Source of the DNA: Savitreella phatthalungensis
Lineage: Eukaryota
Assembly: GCA_051599415.1 (NCBI GenBank)
Contig: AP039699.1
Coordinates: forward strand, 248,001 to 312,000
Direction of reading: 5' to 3'
DNA length: 64,000 nt
How positions within the stretch are numbered: position 1 is the stretch's first letter; every line of letters starts with the position of its first letter. Below are positions 42,711 through 51,823 of this stretch, one piece after another. The position numbers were made by a program, and so were the translations under genes. Below the pieces are notes generated by a model. The model worked only from the letters and a program-made list of their open reading frames with translations, ran no database searches and had not been told where the DNA came from.

Positions 42711-43369
42711 AAGAAGAGTGAGTGAGAGTGAGTGAGAGCGAGGGAGAGTGAGGTAAAGAGAGAGAGAGGGAAGGTCAATCGACTTGAAGTTCGAAGGGCG
42801 TTGTACACTGGCTAAATGGTTTGAGTGTGGATCTGATGTGAGCGACCTCTTACAGAACTTGTCTGGAACCTTGACAGCTGTTCAATGACTCCCAAGAGCA
42901 GCTGCTACGATGGCTAGAGCTCTCTGTATTGAGGTAGTTGTAGTGTTAAGTGTCTAAGGTATGTATCTCTGTGATGAGTTTGTAGTTTGTGATATGTGAA
43001 CGTACGTACGTTGAATGTTCTTCAGACGCGTTTTTCGAACCGCAGCGTAACTTCTGACTTTTGACCTTTGAAATCCTTTTTTTCACGTGAAAATCTGCAT
43101 TTCCTCATCCTTCACTGCTTCACTCTTTCGATCGATCGATCATCCTTCAGGCACTCGACATCGACATACTACTCAATCAATCAAAAGGGTCAGAAGAGTC
43201 TGAGTAGAGTCAGTGAAGAGTCCAAGTAGAGTCAGAGATCAGTCTTGCACGAGTCAGGCATTACTCTCTAGTTCAGAGTCACAAAGCAGCCAGAGTCAAG
43301 CTCAGTAACTTACAGATACGCAACACAGTCCAGTCAATCATCCTTGATCTATTTTAGAGCTTCAGTTCG

Positions 43370-43939
43370 ATGACGGCAAGGTCATTAGCCATGGCTGCTC
43401 TTCATCTCAAAGAGTCAATCCTCCCTTCATCACGCTCGCATTCACATCCAAACTCAGACTCACATTCACCCCTAGACTCACAGCCCTGCTCACGCTCACG
43501 CGCAAAGTCAAGCTCTTCATCAAATACTCTTGGGAGTAAAGCAGAGATTGACTCTCAAGTAAGCAGTCCGGTCACGGGAGAGTCAACTGTCCCCGAGGGA
43601 TCCACCACAAAAGAGACCGTCCCAATGATCAGAGTCGGTGGAAAGTCATGGAAGTCTCAAAAGACGGCAACAAAACGTTCAAATCTGTCTGCTTCACGCA
43701 AGACACCGTATGAACAACGGAGAGCAGCAGCTCAACTGGCAAAGGAGATCAAGCAACAGGAAGAAGAGATGAAGGAAGAGCGTCAACAAGAGCTTGAACA
43801 CAGAAAGAAGAAGATTCAAGAACGAAGGCAGAAGAAGGCAGAGAAGGAGAGATTCGAGTTGCTTCAAGCAAAGATGCATCAGAAGTCAGTCGACAGGATC
43901 AAGCGTAGAGCTAAGAAGTCAAAGCTCATCAACGGATGA
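43370..43939 (+). CDS. CGR1: 60S biogenesis protein Cgr1
   Basis: RVGGKSWK..K, YEQR, K/E/R coiled coil, ERFELLQAKMHQKSVDRIKRR.KK.KL. Start is uncertain (ATG 43370, 43391 or 43625). Confidence 0.88.
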   Translation: MTARSLAMAALHLKESILPSSRSHSHPNSDSHSPLDSQPCSRSRAKSSSSSNTLGSKAEIDSQVSSPVTGESTVPEGSTTKETVPMIRVGGKSWKSQKTATKRSNLSASRKTPYEQRRAAAQLAKEIKQQEEEMKEERQQELEHRKKKIQERRQKKAEKERFELLQAKMHQKSVDRIKRRAKKSKLING

Positions 43940-44516
43940 TGGAGAATGAACAAGCACGAGAGATCAGAAGAAAGATCTTCTTCTCCTGCTCTTCTTCCAC
44001 TTCTCTTTCTATTCTTCCACTTCTCCCGCTGTTCCTCCACTTCTTTTGCTCTTCCTCCACTTGCATAGCTGTCCAGTCGTGCCACAACATATCTGCACTA
44101 CTACAACAACCTCTACATGTATACCTACAAGGTCACGTAAATGATGATGACGTACGACACAACTTCACCATGACTGCCTATGAGTACTCGAAGGAGTCCG
44201 AAGGAATATATCGTGCTACACTGACTCCTACTATGTACTCCTTCAGAGACTACTCTTGGTATCACCCTTTGATCGATTCTCCCTTTAGCTGGATAGTCGA
44301 AGAAGATTTAAAAAGTCTTAATTTAGCCTGCGGTGTCCATCTATTATATTGCATGATTGACTGATCGGTCGTGACGTACGTGCCAAAAAAGAAGACATCA
44401 ATACGCGCACATCTTTGAACGCATCTCGATCTGCTCGCGCGCGTCTCGACTCACCTGCTTGATCATCCTATCGACCTTCATCGGATTTTTGTCTGCGTCG
44501 CTTCTGTCTGCGGTAG

Positions 44517-45149
44517 ATGAATTTCCTGCGCAGATCGGCTCGCAGGCTTCAGCAGCAGGCGGCTGAGATTGTCGCTGCGAATCCGACACCATCGACCTCC
44601 ACCCCGCTTGCACTGTTCACCTTTCCGGGCGACGTGGACAAGATCATCGTCGGCAGCGACAAAGACTACAAAGAAGGCAGCACGAGTGAAGTCGCGTTCA
44701 TTGCAACAGAAGAAGGGGCGATATTCTCAGGCAAGACTGCTGCAGATGGCTACGCCGCGTTCAGATCCAAATCACCCGAGTCAAGTTTGTTTGGCCCAGC
44801 AACTGTCGACGTCGGCCCTTACGAGTTTCTGGCTCTTCGCTTGAGGGTTCACGACAACCGCAAGTACTTTGTCAATATCCAAACAGACTCATACCTACAG
44901 ACAGACCTTTATCAGCACCGGCTATTCCTCAAGACTCCTGGCCAGTGGGAGACTCTCCTGCTCCCCTTTGACGATTTCACCCTGACAAATAATGGCCAAG
45001 TACAGGAGTCACAGGTGGCGATGGACAAGTACAGGCTGAAGACGATTGGGATTTCGGTCCTTGATAGACTCCCTGGCAAATTCTCACTGGAAATCGCAAG
45101 TTGCGAAGCTAAAGGCGGAAACACATCGAGCGAGTCGGAATGGGAGTGA
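44517..45149 (+). CDS. CIA30: Complex I intermediate-associated protein 30 (NDUFAF1)
   Basis: Mitochondrial-type N-terminus MNFLRRSARRL; GSD, GYAAFRS, LALRLR.D.RKYFVNIQTDS...TDLYQHRLF, WET, F.LTNNG, GISVLDR..G.F.LEI. Confidence 0.9.
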   Translation: MNFLRRSARRLQQQAAEIVAANPTPSTSTPLALFTFPGDVDKIIVGSDKDYKEGSTSEVAFIATEEGAIFSGKTAADGYAAFRSKSPESSLFGPATVDVGPYEFLALRLRVHDNRKYFVNIQTDSYLQTDLYQHRLFLKTPGQWETLLLPFDDFTLTNNGQVQESQVAMDKYRLKTIGISVLDRLPGKFSLEIASCEAKGGNTSSESEWE

Positions 45150-45820
45150 CAAGGATACATCGCGGGTTCGAATGGCAATGTTCTGGAGCCCACGATCATA
45201 TTGGCCAGAGAGGTATAAAAACTCATGTCCCAGTCGAGACAGAGGTCTGCCGCAGCTCTGTCGAGCGCCTGCTGCTCAGCTGTTGATTGTTCTGTGGATG
45301 GAGGCGGCGCCGGTGCTCTTTCAGCTGCTCAAACTCTGCGGGACGGAAGATCCTCTCGCAGTCACGGGTGACGCAATACCTCGCTGCAGCTTTGCAGATC
45401 AAGTCGTAGTGCTGATTTCGGCGATGATCTGTCAGAGCAGTCGCGTTGTTTCACTTCTGGAGAATACCTTGTTGCCGACGAGACAGACCACCGGAGAGCT
45501 GCCAGTAGTCGTGTTCACACAGAAGATCATGTGCTTTTTGACCCGGTCAAGCATTGTGTGTTAGGAATGTAGCGAGTGGGATATCTCCATCCCCACAATC
45601 ATCACAGCAATTCCCATAAACACAACAATAGCCAAGACATACGCATCATCCTTAGCGCGTCCTGCGCTTCGCAGCTTTCGTGCTGTACTCTGGACTCCAG
45701 TAAGAGGACGCGCCTTGCAAGTCATCTCCTGCCGAGGTCACCTTCTGTACGCGTCATAGCGCTACACACATCCCGGCGCACGGCTGAACATGTCTTAGAC
45801 AGCCATCTCAGCGATCAGGA

Positions 45821-48800
45821 ATGATCACTTCTCCGCCGCCGGTCAAACCGACAGATCTCCCTCATACACAGGAGCCAGTATCTCCGTCACGTTCAGCTGT
45901 CACACATGCAGGACAAGAGACATCCGAATCCTCAGCTCCTGCTCTTTCACTTTCAGATGCGCCACTTGTGTCCTTCCGTGTCTATGAGACAACCTCACGC
46001 TACTACATCGTCGGCGCGACTCAGAAGGAGGATAGCTATCTCGTCCTAAAGATCGACAGGACTGTGGAAGAAGCGCACTTTGTTCTTGAAGAAGATGGCA
46101 TCACGTACTCACGCAAGCAGATCACAGACCTCCTTGCAACCATTGACGATGGCAATCGCTCTACAGGTGGTCTACGCAGGGTCATCACGGCCTGTGGTAT
46201 CATCGGAATGATTCGCTTCACTTCGCACTACTATCTATGGCTTGTCATGAAGCGCTCTATCGTCGCAGTCCTTGGCGGCCACTACGTCTACCACATCGAG
46301 GACACAAAACTGCTTCCGCTCACCGCCAGCACCCACACTAACCGCGCTCACCGTGCAGCTGATGAAGCACGCTACATGGCGATCTTGAACAATGTTCAGA
46401 TTAACAAGCACTTCTACTTCTCCAACTCTTATGACATCACTCACACCTTGCAATACAACCTAGCAAAGAAGCGGCAAGCTACCAGGGCCTTGCCGCAGGA
46501 TGGTTTCCTCTCTGGCTACAACGACATGTTTGTATGGAATCATTACCTGCTCCACACTGCCTTTGCCCGACTTGAAAGCAGGGCGCGGTGGTGCGTGCCG
46601 ATCGTTCATGGCTTCATTGACCAGGCCAAGATCATGGTTTTTGGCAGGCCGATCTTTCTTACTCTCGTTGCCCGAAGATCTCGTCACTTTGCGGGAGCTC
46701 GATTCCTAAAGCGCGGCGCAAATCAGGCAGGCTGGGTCGCAAACGACGTCGAGACCGAGCAGATCGTTGCCGATGGCTTGACTACGAGCTTTTGCATGCC
46801 CGATGGCCTCCTCTCTCGAAGCTACACGAGCTTCGTCCAGCACCGCGGATCCATCCCACTTTCCTGGTCTCAGACTGTGGACGGCGTCACACCGAAGCCA
46901 CCAATCGAGCTCAACGTTGTCGATCCTTTCTTCTCGTCCGCAGCACTTCACTTCGACGACATGTTTGAACGCTACGGCAGCCCGATCTTCGTCGTTAACC
47001 TCATCAAAGCCCGAGAGAGGACGCCGCGTGAGGTGATTCTGCTGAATGAGTTCAACGAGATGATCGATTACCTCAATCACAGTCTCCCTGAGAAGCACAA
47101 GCTCAGATACATCGCTTGGGACATGTCGCGTGCAAGTAAGAGCCGGGAGCAAGAGGTCATCACCACGCTCGAGCGCATCGCTTCTCAGATCATCGATGTC
47201 ACAGGTTTCTTCAGGTCGGATGGTGTCAACGCCATACTACAGCAGGGTGTCGCGCGCACGAATTGCATCGACTGTCTTGACCGCACGAACGCTGCACAAT
47301 TCGTGATCGGTAAACTAGCACTCGCTCTGCAGCTCAAGACGATCGGCGTGATTGATTCGGTCGACAGCCTGATGTGGGACTGTGATGCTGTCTCGATGCT
47401 GGTCGAGATGTACCATGACCACGGCGACACTATCGCCCTGCAATACGGCGGCTCTCACCTGGTCAACACGATGGAGACATATCGCAAGTTGAATCAGTGG
47501 ACTAGTCACTCGCGCGACATGCTCGAGAGTATCCGCAGATTCTACAACAACTCTTTCCTTGACGCTCAGCGCCAGGAAGCTATCAACCTTTTCCTTGGCA
47601 ACTTCGACCCAACGGATACATCAACGGGCACTCCAAACCTGTGGGAGCTCGACAGCGACAATCGTCTACATAATCGTGTCAGAGAAGTCTGGGACACACG
47701 CAGGCATTATGACAAGTGGTTCACGCAGGAGCTTCTCACTAACGCCGAGGCCTCAGAAGTGGCACTTGATGGCCTTCGCGCTCAGAGATGCGTAGACCCG
47801 GACTACTGGGACGAGTACTACAAGCCGAACTTGCTATCGACCATCAACAAGGTCTTCGCCTTCAGCGTCAACTCGACAGGCATGTTTGCACCACAACACA
47901 CCCATTCCGCGACGTCGTCTGCCGTCGCTGCTGCAGGTCTGGCAGTCGCACTTCCGTCTGCAGCTGTGGCGAACGAGGCGGATGCAAGTCCGTTTGTCGT
48001 GCGGACAATTGCGCCTGCGCAAGAGGAGCAGGTTGCGCGGTCTGCGTTGGACGCGTGTGGCGGGACGAATGCCGCTGCTGATTCACTCGACATCGCACGC
48101 ATCACGAAGGAGACTGTGAGCTCTGCATTGTCGCTTGTCGGTATGTCAAGTGGGAAGAGCATCAGCGAGAAGAGTATCGCTCAAGGAAGCGAGTCGACCA
48201 AGTCTTCCAGGACACAAGACGACTCGCGATCTGCTACAGGCACGCAGGTAAATGACCCCAAAAATGACCTGCATCAGAAAGTCTCACTGTACCGCTGGCT
48301 GGGACCAGTGATCAGCAGGCAACATCGCGATCCACAGCACACCAAGCTTGATGCCCTCGACAACGACAAGAATGCCAATAAGCGCGTACCACCAGGTCAA
48401 GCCATGAATGAGGTTCGCTTCACCACGGCTCCCGTGGCAAGCTCGACCAAGGCGGCTGTCGCGAGACTGCGCGCCTCCAGACACGCTTCCCTTGCGGCTA
48501 CGAGTCAACTACGCAACATGTCGATCGGTGGTGTTCGGTCGAGAATGACTTTCCTACCTGCATCGAACCACGCGGCCGCTGAGTCGGACCAACGACGTAC
48601 AAGCACAGATGCCGAGCAAGAGCTTGCAAGTTTCGTGCAGGCGCTGCTGTCGACGGACGTGCCAAGCGAGTACGCGACCTTTGACGAAGTCATGCAGCAT
48701 CCTAACCCATCGCTCGTGACGGACGACGATCTGGCGCAGTACAGCGTGTACGCGACGACTGCCCCAAAGAACTCACCGCTTCCGCGAATACCCTCTGCTC

Positions 48801-49618
48801 TCTCGAGGGCTGTGGCCGCAAGCTCGTCTCCTTATTCCTCATCGAACGAGTCCTCGAGCGCAGCTGAGGAATCCCGCCACAATCACGCACAACCCGCCAG
48901 CAGCACTAACCGCACACGGGTCGCTCGCTTCTCACGCGCGGCCAAACATCTCTTCGTCCGTGGCCAACCCCAAGTCATCAGCCCGACCACCACATCCACA
49001 CCTGGACCTTCCTTCACGCGCCGCAATAACGCCACAACTTCTCGCGATGAGACTCCACGGTCCCCCCGAGCGATTGTTGTTCCTGGCCCACAGACCGAGC
49101 CACAGCGGAGATCGCTTGTTGAGGAGTTGTCTAAATCGCCATCGCGATGGCACGCGCGAATGATGAAACTGCGTGGTGCCACAACAGTTCAGGAGGCCAT
49201 GCCGTCGCCTCTTGTGCCGCACAACCCACACCACTCACGCCGAGGCCAGTCTATCTCGGACGTGTGGCCACGATCTACACCGGTGGATGTATCTGCCCGT
49301 GCTGGGGCACTGCGGTCTGTGAGTTTGGGAGTAGGTCGATCTGGTGGTAAAGGTGGATCGCCAGGACGGAGATCTCCACTACGACCGCCATCGAAACATC
49401 GCGGGTCACGGACTCATCCAACAGCAGCAGTCGAAGCTGATGCAGAACACCTCAAAGACGCAACCACCACACTCCTCTACGCAGACCTCGTCCACTCACT
49501 CATGTCCTTCCAATCACCACAACTTACCCCAACCACACACAAGCCGAACCAAGCGACAGTGACATTGAGCGAGACGGACATGGCGATTTACGAGGATGCT
49601 GCGGCATCTGCAGCTTGA
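45821..49618 (+). CDS. FIG4: SAC-domain PI(3,5)P2 5-phosphatase Fig4
   Basis: YET..RYYIVG, FYFSNSYDITHTLQ, ARRSRHFAGARFLKRG, VANDVETEQI, RGSIPL.W, catalytic RTNCIDCLDRTN, GDTIALQYGGS; long low-complexity tail. Confidence 0.95.
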   Translation: MITSPPPVKPTDLPHTQEPVSPSRSAVTHAGQETSESSAPALSLSDAPLVSFRVYETTSRYYIVGATQKEDSYLVLKIDRTVEEAHFVLEEDGITYSRKQITDLLATIDDGNRSTGGLRRVITACGIIGMIRFTSHYYLWLVMKRSIVAVLGGHYVYHIEDTKLLPLTASTHTNRAHRAADEARYMAILNNVQINKHFYFSNSYDITHTLQYNLAKKRQATRALPQDGFLSGYNDMFVWNHYLLHTAFARLESRARWCVPIVHGFIDQAKIMVFGRPIFLTLVARRSRHFAGARFLKRGANQAGWVANDVETEQIVADGLTTSFCMPDGLLSRSYTSFVQHRGSIPLSWSQTVDGVTPKPPIELNVVDPFFSSAALHFDDMFERYGSPIFVVNLIKARERTPREVILLNEFNEMIDYLNHSLPEKHKLRYIAWDMSRASKSREQEVITTLERIASQIIDVTGFFRSDGVNAILQQGVARTNCIDCLDRTNAAQFVIGKLALALQLKTIGVIDSVDSLMWDCDAVSMLVEMYHDHGDTIALQYGGSHLVNTMETYRKLNQWTSHSRDMLESIRRFYNNSFLDAQRQEAINLFLGNFDPTDTSTGTPNLWELDSDNRLHNRVREVWDTRRHYDKWFTQELLTNAEASEVALDGLRAQRCVDPDYWDEYYKPNLLSTINKVFAFSVNSTGMFAPQHTHSATSSAVAAAGLAVALPSAAVANEADASPFVVRTIAPAQEEQVARSALDACGGTNAAADSLDIARITKETVSSALSLVGMSSGKSISEKSIAQGSESTKSSRTQDDSRSATGTQVNDPKNDLHQKVSLYRWLGPVISRQHRDPQHTKLDALDNDKNANKRVPPGQAMNEVRFTTAPVASSTKAAVARLRASRHASLAATSQLRNMSIGGVRSRMTFLPASNHAAAESDQRRTSTDAEQELASFVQALLSTDVPSEYATFDEVMQHPNPSLVTDDDLAQYSVYATTAPKNSPLPRIPSALSRAVAASSSPYSSSNESSSAAEESRHNHAQPASSTNRTRVARFSRAAKHLFVRGQPQVISPTTTSTPGPSFTRRNNATTSRDETPRSPRAIVVPGPQTEPQRRSLVEELSKSPSRWHARMMKLRGATTVQEAMPSPLVPHNPHHSRRGQSISDVWPRSTPVDVSARAGALRSVSLGVGRSGGKGGSPGRRSPLRPPSKHRGSRTHPTAAVEADAEHLKDATTTLLYADLVHSLMSFQSPQLTPTTHKPNQATVTLSETDMAIYEDAAASAA

Positions 49619-51441
49619 TAGACGTTGTAGTTACCAGTGACGATCTGGGCTTGTGCTGCGGTTAGAGGTGTGATGAGCTGTGTGTACGCTTGGTAGAGGT
49701 CTTGTTGGTATCCTGAATGGAGTTTATCGACTGCGGATTCCGGGTGCCACCTGAGACGGACGAATTGGTCAAAGTCGATCTGAGGTTGCACATAGGCCCA
49801 GGCAGCTTTGCATGCACCTCCGAGCGCGCAAGCGTTCGCTGACACACCTCCCTTCTGCCGCCACACACCAGTCTCACCACCCAAAACACATCCTACCATC
49901 CCCACAACCGCCCGATTCGACGACGCTCCACCGACACAGTAGATCGTTCGAGGTTGAGCAGGGACCTGATTCTCCTTCACGTCGTTACTGGCAAAGAATG
50001 GGGCTGCGCGAGCGCGGATGTCTAGCAGGGAGGATTCGAGGATTAGGCGCGGGTCGTCTTGTGGAATACGCCAGTTGGTTGCGTTCAGGTGTGCGAGGGT
50101 CGCTTGTTGGGACAGGAGTTTCTGGGTTTGTGGGTTGTGGGCATGGACGGATGTCGGTGGGTGTGCGTGGTCCTCGTCACGGCGCAGAAAGATCGGGGTG
50201 GCCGAGGGGGAAGGAAAAAGAAAGCGGTAGGTACCCTTGGGCGCAGGAGGGATGATCTCGTCGAGAGGGTAGAAGAAAGCAGCCTTCTGAGGCCAGCCTG
50301 TTGGCCGTGGTGTCAGAGCGAGAGCATTGAACTTGGCCCAAGCAGGGTTATCTGAGTCGCTGATGTCCAAGGCGCTTGTATCATCCGGTTCAGCAGCATT
50401 GATGGCGTCACGGACGTACTCACGAGCGAGCGAGCCGTTCTTGTAGCATAGCATGGCCATGTGAAGTCCCTTGGTGGTCGGGTGTGCGAAGAGGTGGTAG
50501 TCTGGAGATGGCTTGTAGTGGCGAGTGGAGAGGAGGAGGGTTGTGGATGTGCCTAGGGAGATGATGGCGTCACGCTCTAGCAGCGGTAGAGATAGGATCG
50601 TCGCTGGGTTGTCTCCGGTGAACGAGAAGATCGCGCAGTCCCGCGAGAACCCATACTTCTCCACGAAATACGGCGATACCCCACCCAGCCGCTCAGACGC
50701 ATTCATACACACCTTCGGTAGCTTCCTTGCCAGCTTGTCCACCCCGTCTTCTCCACCACCACATACCGCAAGCAATCCACCGTGCCAGTTCTCAGCCTCC
50801 ACATCCCAAAGATTCATTCCACAAATGTCCGCCGGATCGACTGGCGCAAGCTTGCCTAGCCACAGACTGCATAGGAACGAGGAGACGAGTGATATGGCGT
50901 CGGTGTTTGCGTATACATCTGGTTTGGTTTTGCGTAATCTGGCGATTTGCGGGCCGCTGAAACGGTGATGAGCCTTGCTGCCTGTGATTTTGGCGAGTTG
51001 GTGAGGTCCGCCTACTGCGTGCTCGAACGCTTCGCATTCTTCCTGCGTCGAGGCGTCCTGCCAGTTGGGACTTCTGTCGTACGCGAGGCATCCACGGAGG
51101 TTGTCTGCGAGCGAGAGGGATGGGTCTAGGGACGCGAGGGTGGAAGAGGCAGTCGAGTTCCAGTAGATCGTGCCGTGCTGCTGACCTGATCCGGAGATCG
51201 CTCGGATGGAGGACATGTCCACACCAGCGTCGCGCAGCCGAGTACAGAGAAGGTCAACAGCCTCCATCCACATGGCAACAGGTGACAGTACTTGCTTGTC
51301 CATCACGTATACTCCTGACTTTGTCTTGTACGATGGCAGGTCTACATCGAATGCGACGACTGCGGTATACTGGATCTGCAGGGCATCGTCGATGATGACG
51401 CCCTTGAGCTGCTGAGTGGATAGATCTAGCCCAAGGAACAT
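49588..51441 (-). CDS. XKS1: Xylulokinase (FGGY family)
   Basis: FLGLDLSTQQLK, ISGSGQQHG, SPNWQD.ST, TGSKAHHRFSGPQI, ISLVSSF, FTGDNP, SLGTSTT, MLCYKNGSLARE, VGGAS.N. Confidence 0.95.
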   Translation of the reverse strand: MFLGLDLSTQQLKGVIIDDALQIQYTAVVAFDVDLPSYKTKSGVYVMDKQVLSPVAMWMEAVDLLCTRLRDAGVDMSSIRAISGSGQQHGTIYWNSTASSTLASLDPSLSLADNLRGCLAYDRSPNWQDASTQEECEAFEHAVGGPHQLAKITGSKAHHRFSGPQIARLRKTKPDVYANTDAISLVSSFLCSLWLGKLAPVDPADICGMNLWDVEAENWHGGLLAVCGGGEDGVDKLARKLPKVCMNASERLGGVSPYFVEKYGFSRDCAIFSFTGDNPATILSLPLLERDAIISLGTSTTLLLSTRHYKPSPDYHLFAHPTTKGLHMAMLCYKNGSLAREYVRDAINAAEPDDTSALDISDSDNPAWAKFNALALTPRPTGWPQKAAFFYPLDEIIPPAPKGTYRFLFPSPSATPIFLRRDEDHAHPPTSVHAHNPQTQKLLSQQATLAHLNATNWRIPQDDPRLILESSLLDIRARAAPFFASNDVKENQVPAQPRTIYCVGGASSNRAVVGMVGCVLGGETGVWRQKGGVSANACALGGACKAAWAYVQPQIDFDQFVRLRWHPESAVDKLHSGYQQDLYQAYTQLITPLTAAQAQIVTGNYNVYQAADAAASS

Positions 51442-51823
51442 CTTGAGATGCAACGAATGGGAAGATGAGACGTGTCTTCTATAAGGTCATTTATGGAGGA
51501 GGAATAGGGGTGTGTGTCTGGGATAAGGGTGTTGGAGTAGAAAAGGTTGATGGTCTACGGGTTTGATGATACGCCACCTGACACAAGCATTTGTCAATTT
51601 AGCCTGAATGCAATTGGCACAAGCACAAACACGATCGAAGACATGGACAAGGACAAAGACAAGGACAAGCACTGCTGGAAGACAGGTGTAGATGGGTATG
51701 TAGCTGAGTTTTGTGGTCATTGCATTGAGCATTCGTCATTGAAAAAGTAAGGAGGAGGTCATAAGGACGTCTAGAGATTTGTGCATGAAGATGCAGTATA
51801 GAAACGATTTAGCACGATTGGGA

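Noticed and set aside
42608..42808. 67-codon N-terminal extension of RSC9 in the ORF track
   Set aside because: Comes from stop-free CT/CCCTCT repeats and starts at GTG; the encoded SPSPSLSL sequence is a repeat artefact.
44141..44224. Possible box C/D snoRNA (ATGATGA ... CTGA, about 84 nt)
   Set aside because: No terminal stem, and I could not match a 10-nt or longer guide to rRNA or snRNA by eye. A snoscan/cmscan run would be needed.
45160..45180. GGTTCGAAT resembling a tRNA T-loop / B box
   Set aside because: No T-stem or cloverleaf in the flanking sequence.
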